Source of the DNA: Candidatus Micrarchaeota archaeon | Lineage (GTDB): Archaea; Micrarchaeota; Micrarchaeia; Norongarragalinales; JACRGE01 | NCBI GenBank assembly: GCA_016212465.1 | Contig: JACRGE010000013.1 | Location: forward strand, 1 to 32,324 | Length of the DNA: 32,324 bases | Direction of reading: 5' to 3' | Shown: piece by piece, positions 9,216 to 17,608 of the stretch | Position numbering within the stretch: the stretch's first letter is position 1 | How the letters are laid out: each line of letters begins with the position of its first letter | Made by a program: the position numbers and the translations under genes | Notes under the pieces: generated by a model | Seen by the model: only the letters and a program-made list of their open reading frames with translations | What the model was told of the DNA's origin: nothing | Database searches by the model: none

Positions 9216-10499
9216 TTAACCTACTCTGTCCAAGTAGAAGGTCGCAAAACCGTATGCACCGCGCCGAAGGGTTATATTCTTGTCCAAGGAGTACCGCGTT
9301 TGCGTATAACCGTCTTTGGCAAGCGACACTTTGTAAGTTCCGTCAGGTACTTCGTCCTCGGGGTATATCTTGAAGGTTCCTTGTAAATCAGTCAGTTTCA
9401 GATACTCCTTTACGGGGGCGTCTGTCCGCGCATCCCTCAAGGTAACAGTCACGTTAGTGAGACCAGTCTGGTTCCTTGAGTGCCTTACAATCCCCATAAA
9501 CAGAGGATACTCACCCAGGGTGAAGTTTATAACGTAAATGTGGTCAGCATCAACAACTTGATTGTAGTAGTCACTCATAAGCATGGAGTGGGAAGCCATG
9601 ATCCTGTAAGCTCCTGCAGAATGCGTCTTGTTGATGAAGTAGTAACCAAATTCGTCTGCTCTTGCTTCATCCACTTTCCTGAGTTCCCCAGTAAAGTTAC
9701 TGTAAGCGAATTTCAGTACCATAATTAATGCACCCCTCAATGGGACCCAGTTTTTGCTTACAACAGTACCATACAAGAAAGGCGGCGTAAGCCACACAAA
9801 TTCGTTCTGGTAACTACCTTTGTAGGCTACGACTTTTTCTGTTGCCAAGAACCCTCGTTTGTAGAACTTAAGTTTAAGAAGAGAGTTTGGACGAATGCCG
9901 TCTATGGCGTATATTCTAAACGTACCAATCCGGTCTGTTAACATGCTCTTCAAGAGAGTGGTTCCATAGCTGTCGTAGACGTCAACCCGAACCCATCCAA
10001 CCCGCCTTTGACTCCGTGCATCAGAAACCACTCCATAGAGCAGTGGCTTTTCCATCAAGGTAAAATTGACTTGAAGTGGACTGCCCTGGACTATGAATGG
10101 GAAAAAATACTCGGTCTGAAGCCCCTCGTAATAAACTACGAGCATGTACGCGCCTGTGGAAAAAGCCTGGCCAAAGAAGTAACTGCCGTTTTCGTTCGTC
10201 AACGTCTCAGCTATTTCAGTAAAGTTGCCAGTAAAGTTATCGTATGCGAACTTGAATACAAAAACTGCCGCGTTTTTCAGAGAGATGTTATTCCAGCCGT
10301 AAACCACTCCTTTAAGTGAAGCGTTTGCTTCAGTTACATTTGTTTCTATTCCCTTGGTCGTCAGCGCGCCAGTTGTTTTTCTCGTCAATTGAGCGCTTGA
10401 AGCCATTTCTTCGAAATAAATCAGCTGAAATAACACGAAGCCTGCGACAACAAGCGCTACCACAAAACCCAAAGCAAACAACCGCACTTCCCGGTACAT
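9216..10499 (-). CDS. N-terminally anchored surface protein with about four carboxypeptidase-regulatory-like beta-sandwich repeats, rich in N-glycosylation sequons
   Basis: One N-terminal TM helix, then repeats of about 100 aa with the recurring pattern YG.V.....G....V.V.D..G....TD..G.F.I. There are 13 N-x-S/T sequons in 427 aa. Confidence 0.5.
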   Translation of the reverse strand: MYREVRLFALGFVVALVVAGFVLFQLIYFEEMASSAQLTRKTTGALTTKGIETNVTEANASLKGVVYGWNNISLKNAAVFVFKFAYDNFTGNFTEIAETLTNENGSYFFGQAFSTGAYMLVVYYEGLQTEYFFPFIVQGSPLQVNFTLMEKPLLYGVVSDARSQRRVGWVRVDVYDSYGTTLLKSMLTDRIGTFRIYAIDGIRPNSLLKLKFYKRGFLATEKVVAYKGSYQNEFVWLTPPFLYGTVVSKNWVPLRGALIMVLKFAYSNFTGELRKVDEARADEFGYYFINKTHSAGAYRIMASHSMLMSDYYNQVVDADHIYVINFTLGEYPLFMGIVRHSRNQTGLTNVTVTLRDARTDAPVKEYLKLTDLQGTFKIYPEDEVPDGTYKVSLAKDGYTQTRYSLDKNITLRRGAYGFATFYLDRVG

Positions 10500-10630
10500 G
10501 GTTATTTTAAGGGATTTGCTGTATAAAATTGCTTTCTACCGCCGAGAGTGCCCAAAAAGTACGATTGAAACCACATCTGCCCAAAACGGGAGATAAAAAC
10601 AGGAATTAAGGGAAGCGCTCCACCTCGTAG

Positions 10631-11653
10631 TCAGGTAGAACGCAGGATATGCTCACAACCAGAGGGGTCCAGGAACTGCATGAAAAGAAACAACTTGAGA
10701 TACCCGAGATAAGGGATCCGGTAGAGGATTTTCCCATGGGCGTGGTTTTCTTTCACTGGTTCGATCCCATAGAGCTGGTCAGGAAACTGGTTGTTGTCAC
10801 CCCAAGTCAGGTAGTAAGTACCGTCGTCCGCAACTATTTTCAAAAAAACACGGTGGATGATGAGACCGTATCCTTTTTCTTTTGGGAGTGCACCGTATAC
10901 AATGATTTCATCTGAGGCGTTTCTAAGAAACGTCTTTCCTTCGTAGGAAATGCTTTTCAAACAAGGAACGATCGTACCCTCCCAATCGCATCTGCCGGCA
11001 TTCAGCTCAAACAATTCCTTGTCATCCAAAACAGGGGCATACAGTTGAACTGCCTTATCCTCGCTGAAGGGAAGCTCTTTTGCAGCAAAACGCACTTTAG
11101 AGAAATCCCCGTTGAAGCGTATTGTCTGAGCTTCTACATAGCCCCCTTTCAAGACTATCATGTCGCCCCGCTCCAAGACAGGGAGCATGCTACAGGAGGT
11201 CACAACATCAATGGGGGTAGTAGTACCGAGAGCAGCTATTATCACGAACCACCCCGCAAGTGCAACGTCAAGCGCATAAACCAGCTCAAGTATTGAGTCC
11301 CTTATTCCTTCGTGGTCCCATTTTTTGGGAACGATATCCAATGCGAAAAGTAGGACAAGGCCCAAAAAAATTAAGACCGCGAAAGCAACTTCCTTGGTGA
11401 GGAGGTAGAGAGCGAAAGAAAGCACGAGCAAAGCAAGAGCAGCGTTGCCCCAGTTGAACCCCTTTACTTTTTCGGGTTTTGTTTTAGGAAGACGGACGTG
11501 ATCCAACAGAAGGTAGATTCCAGCCAGGATCAAAACTAAAACGAAGAGAACCACGCCAATGAAATTGTCTGTTGCAACCCCTAGGTAAAGCGAGCCCAAG
11601 ACAGCGAAAAGGAAGCCAGCGTAGATTGAAAACCTTTTTTTAAGAAAGTCCAT
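10631..11653 (-). CDS. signal peptidase I, archaeal/Sec11 type (S26B), with an N-terminal multi-TM extension
   Basis: Four N-terminal TM helices, then VVTSCSMLPVLERGDMIVL (the Ser motif), HRV and GDNN motifs typical of archaeal/ER-type signal peptidase. Confidence 0.65.
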   Translation of the reverse strand: MDFLKKRFSIYAGFLFAVLGSLYLGVATDNFIGVVLFVLVLILAGIYLLLDHVRLPKTKPEKVKGFNWGNAALALLVLSFALYLLTKEVAFAVLIFLGLVLLFALDIVPKKWDHEGIRDSILELVYALDVALAGWFVIIAALGTTTPIDVVTSCSMLPVLERGDMIVLKGGYVEAQTIRFNGDFSKVRFAAKELPFSEDKAVQLYAPVLDDKELFELNAGRCDWEGTIVPCLKSISYEGKTFLRNASDEIIVYGALPKEKGYGLIIHRVFLKIVADDGTYYLTWGDNNQFPDQLYGIEPVKENHAHGKILYRIPYLGYLKLFLFMQFLDPSGCEHILRST

Positions 11654-11687
11654 GAACGCGCACCAACCAGATATACCATTCCAGGCT

Positions 11688-12251
11688 TTAAGCTCTTCCC
11701 CTGGACTCGCCTAAAACCACTCCAGAAGCAATAAGGTGAGCGAGCCTCAACGGCCAAGGGTATCCCTTGAAAGTTTTCAGAAATCCTCTTGAGTCAGCCG
11801 CGGAAATCCCCGCGCAATGAAAATGCAGCCTGTTGAACTCAAAGGATTCGCCGGCGTTTTTCAGCAATGCCGCACGCTTCTTCCAGTCCCGCAAGTTTTT
11901 TAATGCTGAAAGCACTTTTTTTTCATCCGCTTTTTTCCTCGTAACTGCAATAACTGGAATTTTAAGGAATTTGTAGACTTTCTTCAAGTCTAGTATATTG
12001 AAGCCCCCTAGGGTCACGCTGTGAACAAGAATCAGCCTTATCTGCTTGCCGAAACGCCCTGATTTCCGTATGGTAGAGATAAGCTTGTCAGTCGAATTCA
12101 GTCCATCTTTCTTTATGTGAAATGAAAGTATTCCCTCAACCGATTCATCTGAAGCTCCGCGGGAAACCACTCCGATGCAAAGCACTTTTGCTCCACCTAC
12201 TTTTTTGAAGGGAGAATCATCGATTGAAAGGACTCTTATTCCTTTTTTCAT
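11688..12251 (-). CDS. UPF0215/DUF99 family protein
   Basis: MKKGIRVLSIDDSPF...GVVSRG...GFNILD...PVIAVT matches the conserved archaeal DUF99 pattern. Confidence 0.5.
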   Translation of the reverse strand: MKKGIRVLSIDDSPFKKVGGAKVLCIGVVSRGASDESVEGILSFHIKKDGLNSTDKLISTIRKSGRFGKQIRLILVHSVTLGGFNILDLKKVYKFLKIPVIAVTRKKADEKKVLSALKNLRDWKKRAALLKNAGESFEFNRLHFHCAGISAADSRGFLKTFKGYPWPLRLAHLIASGVVLGESRGRA

Positions 12252-12349
12252 TGGATTACCAAAAGATTTCAGTGAAGGGGGACAAGATTGTTTTCCTTTC
12301 CACGAGCTTCTTTTCTGATTTCTAAAAGCTCCAGAATTTTTTCAAAAGG

Positions 12350-12607
12350 CTATCCTTCCTCAAAGGCGTTTTCAAATTCCTTAAGTTCGTCCTTGATTTT
12401 TTCTAGCGCCTTCTTGAGCCCCTTTTCAGGTCCCCTGCCTTTTATCTTTAGTATGGGATTGCCTGTAAGGGGATGGTCTGGCGCAGAAGCCGCGAATGTC
12501 ACACTCTTAGACGCAAGCAACTTTTCTGCTATAAGATTCGCGAGCCCCACATCCAATCCCTCCAACTTTATCTCAAGATAATCCTTTTCCTTTGAAAGCA
12601 TTTGCAT
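12350..12607 (-). CDS. rpoL: DNA-directed RNA polymerase subunit L (Rpo11)
   Basis: LEIKLEGLDVGLANLIAEKLL...VTFAASAPDHPL...PILKIK is the RpoL/Rpb11 fold signature. I chose the ATG at 12607 as the start because GGAGGG sits 5-6 nt upstream; the track ORF extends to 12625. Confidence 0.75.
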   Translation of the reverse strand: MQMLSKEKDYLEIKLEGLDVGLANLIAEKLLASKSVTFAASAPDHPLTGNPILKIKGRGPEKGLKKALEKIKDELKEFENAFEEG

Positions 12608-12637
12608 CCAGATCCCTCCATTCAAGTATTACCTGGT

Positions 12638-12779
12638 AAGGTTAGTTAAAGTTCTTGGTGTTTTAAGCATTGATTAGGCTGACAAAATATCTTTTTATTT
12701 TTTCAGCTTGTGCTTCAAATCTTTTGCTTACCGTAAATTCTTCTTGCTTCAACTAACTCCACAAAAATTTAAACAACCC
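12638..12779. repeat. inverted repeat copy A (142 bp) in the csl4-rpoL spacer
   Basis: It is the reverse complement of 17372-17513 with a single mismatch (g at 12681 versus a). It fills the gap between the csl4 stop (12793) and a point 31 nt upstream of the rpoL ATG. Confidence 0.85.
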
Positions 12780-12792
12780 CCAGTAAAAAACA

Positions 12793-13308
12793 TTAAAAGG
12801 GAAGCTTTCTTCTCTCGTTGTTCCTGCACTCTGGACAGACGAGGACTGTTCCCTTAAGCTCCAACTCACTTCTGCAGTTGGAACAGAATCCTTTTAAAAC
12901 ACCCAAGTCTTTTTCCGCGAGTGTCAGGTATATGCCGAGTGGTGTAATCTCTATCACTTTTGCTCTAATCAAGTCCCCGATCTTCAGAAAATCCCTGAAA
13001 CTCTCTACATAACCTCGCTTTATCTCTGAGATTCTAAGGTACGCATAGGTGCTGCTTGCAGCAGCCTTTTTCTCCGGCTCAAACCTTACGAGGGCAACCG
13101 TATCATAAAGGTCCTGGACAATTCCATAAACGATGTCGCCTCGCTTGAGCTTCTTTATCTCACTTCCAATAACTGAAACTGACCTCCGCCGAGCATCCTC
13201 CTTCTTCATTCCAGCTATTGAGGCATAGATCTTGCCCTCTGATTCATAAGTGCCTTCGGAAGGCATGAACTCCTCTGTCGTAGCCAAAAACTCTCCGGGC
13301 ACAGCCAT
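12793..13308 (-). CDS. csl4: exosome complex component Csl4 (S1 domain + C-terminal zinc ribbon)
   Basis: N-terminal PGEFLATTEEFMPSEGTY, S1-like GDIVYGIV...ISEIKRGYV...IGDLIRAKV, and a C-terminal CSNC...CPEC zinc ribbon. Confidence 0.75.
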   Translation of the reverse strand: MAVPGEFLATTEEFMPSEGTYESEGKIYASIAGMKKEDARRRSVSVIGSEIKKLKRGDIVYGIVQDLYDTVALVRFEPEKKAAASSTYAYLRISEIKRGYVESFRDFLKIGDLIRAKVIEITPLGIYLTLAEKDLGVLKGFCSNCRSELELKGTVLVCPECRNNERRKLPF

Positions 13309-13512
13309 GTTCCCACCATAGAAGAATAATTACTCTTAATCAAGTCCAGAACTCAAATAGAATCAATACCGCAAAGAGCGTAAACACTTTCAAAAAATTC
13401 GCTGAACCAATATGTTATGGAAGAGATTATTTAAAACCATTCTCCCCCCCCAATTTTCCAGACGAAAACCCTTGAAGGTAAATGTTTTATTGTTTCCTCA
13501 AGAAATGATTTC

Positions 13513-14352
13513 ATGGTTCTTGAATCCATTTTGAGTCCTGAGAGTGCTGAAAGAAATCCCTTGAAGATAGCGCTGCTTTCAGTAATATTTGTTTCAGTAG
13601 GCATCTTTTCCTCGATTTTCATCGGCTATCCGAATGGCTTTCTTCTGGTCGCCCTTGTCGCAGTTCCGTCAGTCCCGCTTATTCTAAACCTATTCAATTA
13701 TGAGGAAGAGGGGATAGAAGAAGGCAGTGTGTGGGGAAGCAGGATTGCAGCGAGGCATCTTCCAATCGTTGTTGTGCTAATCGCTTACTTCGGGGGCTTG
13801 CTGATCGGATTCGGTTTCTGGTACATCATCCTTCCTGACGAGACGGGCAACAGCCTGTTTGCAGTCCAAATAAACGAATTGAAGAATATTGGCGGCAGTT
13901 TCGGAAGCGTCGGGGGGTATGCAGTCAAAATGGATAGTGTTTCAGCATTTGAATTAATATTCATGCACAACCTTGAGGTCCTCGCATTCATTCTCTTATT
14001 CTCCATTCTTTATGGTTCGGGTGCAGTGTTTGTGCTCATCTGGAATGCTTCTGTAGTAAGCGTGTTCATAGTGAATATGGGAAAACAGTTTGTTTTGCAT
14101 GAAGCCCCTCAATTCTCTCTGATATCCGGTCTCAGCTACGGCATCCTTGGCCTGATTCCACACGGAACATTTGAACTCCTTGCATACTTGGTTGGTGCCC
14201 TCGCGGGAGGGATATTGAGCAGCGCGATAGTGAGGAAAGCTTATTTGAGAGGAGAATTTGCGACCGTAATGCGGGACATCGCGAAGCTGGCTGCCTGGGC
14301 AATCATATTCCTTGCCATCGGCGCAGTCATCGAAAGCCAGGCTTTTGCTTGA
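13513..14352 (+). CDS. SpoIIM/DUF95-like integral membrane protein
   Basis: Six predicted TM helices. The block IFMHNLEVLAFILLFSILYGSGAVFVLIWNASVV resembles the DUF95 core. Confidence 0.4.
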   Translation: MVLESILSPESAERNPLKIALLSVIFVSVGIFSSIFIGYPNGFLLVALVAVPSVPLILNLFNYEEEGIEEGSVWGSRIAARHLPIVVVLIAYFGGLLIGFGFWYIILPDETGNSLFAVQINELKNIGGSFGSVGGYAVKMDSVSAFELIFMHNLEVLAFILLFSILYGSGAVFVLIWNASVVSVFIVNMGKQFVLHEAPQFSLISGLSYGILGLIPHGTFELLAYLVGALAGGILSSAIVRKAYLRGEFATVMRDIAKLAAWAIIFLAIGAVIESQAFA

Positions 14353-14363
14353 AGAAAATAGAA

Positions 14364-15290
14364 TCATTCCTGTTCCTTCAAGCGTTTTATGATTGAGGCA
14401 ATCAGCGCGTTTCCCTCACTTGTTTCACTGCCTTCTGCTGTATCCTGCTTTCCCGAGGGCGCGATGCTGCCCGAGAGCAGTCGCGCGAGCTTCGAAAGCT
14501 CGAGGGGGTAGACTATTTTCGTTGCTTTGCCGTCTGCAACGTCCTTCAGAGACTGCAGATAAAAGTAAGCAAGCGTCTTGTCGTTCAATCCCTTCGTAGC
14601 GCGGTCTATAGTGTTTATGACGAGCTCGCGGGCCTCCATTTCGTGCCTGATCGCCTCCTTCCTTTCCTCTGCTTTCCTTCTGAGTTCCATCGCCTTCACG
14701 AGCTCGGGCGGGATTTTAAGCGCTTGTACGTCCACCTTCGTGGGAACAACTCCCCACGGCTCGCTTAAAGCAATCAAGTCGGTGAGAACGCGTTTGTTGA
14801 TCTCGTCTACTTTCTCCAGTACTTCTTCCAGAATCATTTTCCCGATAATATCCCTAAGCTCTGTTTGAAGCAAAGCAACTGCGGCGGTCTTGTACTCTTT
14901 TATCTCAATCACGTACCTCTTGGGGTCTGAAACTCTGTAGAAGAGAATAGGATCAATGGTTACTGTGAGATTGTCTTTCGTTAATATGCTCAGGGAAGGG
15001 GGGTCAACCGATTGAATTCTCAAGTCCACCAAGACCACGCGGTCGATGATAGAGAAAATCAGCCTCCAGCCGGGCCCAACGGTTTTATAATATTTACCGA
15101 ACCTAAACACCACTCCCCGCTCGTATTCCTTGAACTCCATCAAGGTGGGAAAGAAGGCAGCAATGAAAACCAGCAAAAGAAGCAAGGGAAAAAGAAGGAA
15201 GAGAGGCAGCTTGAGTACGAAAATCAGTCCGTATAATAAGGCAAGAATCAATGACACTACTCCCACGAATATTGTTACCTGCCGTTTCAC
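14364..15290 (-). CDS. SPFH/band-7 family protein (stomatin/prohibitin-like)
   Basis: N-terminal TM helix, then EYERGVVFRFGKYYKTVGPGW...ILTKDNLTVTIDPILFYRVSDP and a coiled-coil C-terminus. Confidence 0.7.
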   Translation of the reverse strand: MKRQVTIFVGVVSLILALLYGLIFVLKLPLFLLFPLLLLLVFIAAFFPTLMEFKEYERGVVFRFGKYYKTVGPGWRLIFSIIDRVVLVDLRIQSVDPPSLSILTKDNLTVTIDPILFYRVSDPKRYVIEIKEYKTAAVALLQTELRDIIGKMILEEVLEKVDEINKRVLTDLIALSEPWGVVPTKVDVQALKIPPELVKAMELRRKAEERKEAIRHEMEARELVINTIDRATKGLNDKTLAYFYLQSLKDVADGKATKIVYPLELSKLARLLSGSIAPSGKQDTAEGSETSEGNALIASIIKRLKEQE

Positions 15291-15330
15291 AAACCCACCA
15301 AAATATGTTACTACTCTAAAATAAGTAAAT

Positions 15331-15345
15331 CCAAAATTTATATTA
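15331..15345 (+). promoter_or_regulatory. BRE/TATA-like element (CCAAAA-TTTATATTA) in the stomatin/DUF373 divergent spacer
   Basis: It matches the archaeal TATA consensus TTTAWATA with a purine-rich BRE-like hexamer directly upstream. About 90 nt downstream there is a CCCC-ac-GGGG hairpin followed by CTTTTT. Confidence 0.3.
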
Positions 15346-15544
15346 CTTGCCTTTGGGAAGGTGGCTGCTTCTCGGCTTTTGAATCATGCGTTCAGCCCCC
15401 CGTTCACAAAACCAAAGAAACAATCCATTTTCCACCCCCCACGGGGCTTTTTGAAAGACAAAGCAGTTAAACGGAAGAGTAGTTTAATAACAAAAAACAT
15501 ATTATAAAATAGAATGCAGGATTAAATGAAAAGTGTTGATGTAA

Positions 15545-16780
15545 ATGCCTGAAGCAAAGCGGTTGCTTGTACTAGTGGTTGACGTAGACAACGACTTGGG
15601 CGAGAAAACTAAGGTGCGGGGACCAGTGGTAGGAAGGGAAAGGAACGTCGTGGCTGCAACCAAGCTTGCTATCGCCGACCCAGAGGACTCTGATGCCAAC
15701 ACAATGTTTGCAGCAGTCAAGATATATGATGAATTAAGGAAGGAAGAAAAAAAGGTTGAAATCGCGACGGTCACCGGTGACTCTCGGCTGGGCTATAAAG
15801 CTGACAGGAAAGTGATAGAACAGCTTGAGAAGGTGATAGGCGATTTCGCTCCGGAAGCATGCGTATTCTTAAGTGACGGTGCAAGCGATGACCAGGTTAT
15901 TCCAGTTATTCAGTCAAGGATAAAAATAAACAGCGTTCGCACTATTACGGTGAAGCAAACAAAGGAACTTGAAAAAACGTATTTTGTGGTCCTCGAGAAG
16001 CTAAAGGACCCAGCTGTTGCGAGAATCGTTTTCGGAATTCCAGGCATTGCCTTCCTGCTGTACTTTCTTATGCCAGATATTGGGTTAAAGGTTTTCATTG
16101 GTTTGCTGGGAGCTTATTTTTTACTCAAAGGATTCGGCATAGAAGAAAGAGTTTTCCGCGTAACGGAGTACGTGGAGCTGTCACCTGCACGGGTCAGCTT
16201 CGTATTTTATTTTGTTTCAATACTGTTCATCGTAGTAGGGCTCCTGCTAGCAGTTTACGAGATTTCAAACCACCAGCGTGCAGGCGTAACGAATCTGGCG
16301 AAGCTGAGTGTGTGGTTCATTAAGGACCTCTATATGCTTCCAGTCGCTTTGCTTCTGATGATTGTCGGAAAAGTTGTGGAAGCATTACACGACAAGAAAG
16401 ATTACCTTGTTCCGAGCCACGTGGTTACTGCAAGCGCAATCGTTCTCGTGTGGCTCATATTCAACAGCGCAGCGGAATGGGTCATCGGGCCACCCACGTA
16501 TAATACGACGTTTAGCTACTTCTTCTACCTCTCCATTCTGGCAGTAATTGCGATGACGCTGGTAATATACCTGGCGAGGGAATTCAGAACGGATTTGATT
16601 GCTAAGATGAGGTTGGAGGGAAAGGACGTGTACACGGAAATCGGGGGGAGGCTTGGGAAAATAGTTGAAGTGGACAAGAAGAAGGAAACCCTCATTATCC
16701 AAACCCCTTCGAACCACAAATTCGATCTGGAAGTGAGGCATATAGCAAACGTCGGTGAGAATGTCGTTGTAAGCTACTAA
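15545..16780 (+). CDS. DUF373-family archaeal membrane protein
   Basis: N-terminal soluble domain LVLVVDVDNDLG...ADPEDSDANT...VTGDSRLGY...LSDGASDDQVIPVIQSR followed by multiple TM helices. Confidence 0.5.
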   Translation: MPEAKRLLVLVVDVDNDLGEKTKVRGPVVGRERNVVAATKLAIADPEDSDANTMFAAVKIYDELRKEEKKVEIATVTGDSRLGYKADRKVIEQLEKVIGDFAPEACVFLSDGASDDQVIPVIQSRIKINSVRTITVKQTKELEKTYFVVLEKLKDPAVARIVFGIPGIAFLLYFLMPDIGLKVFIGLLGAYFLLKGFGIEERVFRVTEYVELSPARVSFVFYFVSILFIVVGLLLAVYEISNHQRAGVTNLAKLSVWFIKDLYMLPVALLLMIVGKVVEALHDKKDYLVPSHVVTASAIVLVWLIFNSAAEWVIGPPTYNTTFSYFFYLSILAVIAMTLVIYLAREFRTDLIAKMRLEGKDVYTEIGGRLGKIVEVDKKKETLIIQTPSNHKFDLEVRHIANVGENVVVSY

Positions 16781-17371
16781 AGCAGTAACCATCTAAATTC
16801 GTTAATCTGAATCAGAAATTAGCTTCAACAGAGTATCCAAAATTGTCGACAAGGAGAGGCCAGAAAGGCTTTTAAAGGTCAACTGCTTTAACAATTCATC
16901 TCGTGATGAGAATGAGTGACGCGATAAGGTTGTGGATGAATAAAGCCATGCTCGTTCTGCTAGGCGTTACTGTCTCATATCACTTTTGCCCGATTACAAA
17001 GGGAAAAGGAAGATGAAAACGGGATGACGCTCTTTTCTCGGCTTTTGAGACGCTGACCGGAATATGACTGAAGGAAAGGAAAAGCTACAAAATTTATAGG
17101 CTAGGTTGTGCTTTATTTGTCAAAATAAGCCCTAGGATGCTTTATTTTGCTGAAATAAGGCTCCTGGAACCGAAAAATTTAAATATAAGTTATGTGATAA
17201 ATATTTGATGGGGAATTTCTGAGGCAAGCCCAAGGAGGCAACTTGGAGTCATGCTTTCGGGAAAAGAGGAATCCATCCGAAAGGAGTAGAAAGACGGGAG
17301 GCAACCCCAAGGAGGTTTTCCAATATCCGGTTTTGCTCTCCCATCTCCTACTCTTTTTAGAAGCTTTTTTT

Positions 17372-17513
17372 GGGTTGTTTAAATTTTTGTGGAGTTAGTT
17401 GAAGCAAGAAGAATTTACGGTAAGCAAAAGATTTGAAGCACAAGCTGAAAAAATAAAAAGATATTTTGTTAGCCTAATCAATGCTTAAAACACCAAGAAC
17501 TTTAACTAACCTT
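17372..17513. repeat. inverted repeat copy B (142 bp) in the noncoding region between the DUF373 gene and the lonB 3' end
   Basis: It is the reverse complement of 12638-12779 with 141/142 identity. Weaker similarity continues to about 17356 versus about 12812 and covers a relic of the csl4 stop-codon region. Confidence 0.85.
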
Positions 17514-17608
17514 TTGGGGGTTAAAGTTAAATCTACTTTTGAAAATAAACGTTGCTGAGAAAAAAAGTTTCACGATTTTTGAGGCAGATACCAAAAAGCA
17601 ATTGGGAG

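Noticed and set aside
16903-16960. Possible C/D-box sRNA (GUGAUGA at 16903 and UGGAUGA at 16932)
   Set aside because: No canonical CUGA D or D' boxes are found at the required spacings (only CTGC and TGAC). A terminal stem pairing the 5' and 3' ends was not checked.
17251-17289. 12-codon ORF (MLSGKEESIRKE) with a perfect AAGGAGG SD 12 nt upstream
   Set aside because: It is too short to call a gene. The SD-like motif is part of a 19-nt direct repeat that also occurs without a following ATG. It is kept only as part of the noncoding-region finding.
12638-17513. Whether the two long repeats could be a CRISPR array, or IS/MITE termini with a transposase between them
   Set aside because: There are only two copies, in inverted rather than direct orientation, 4.6 kb apart. 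The DNA between them encodes housekeeping-type genes (csl4, stomatin, etc.) and no transposase or cas genes.
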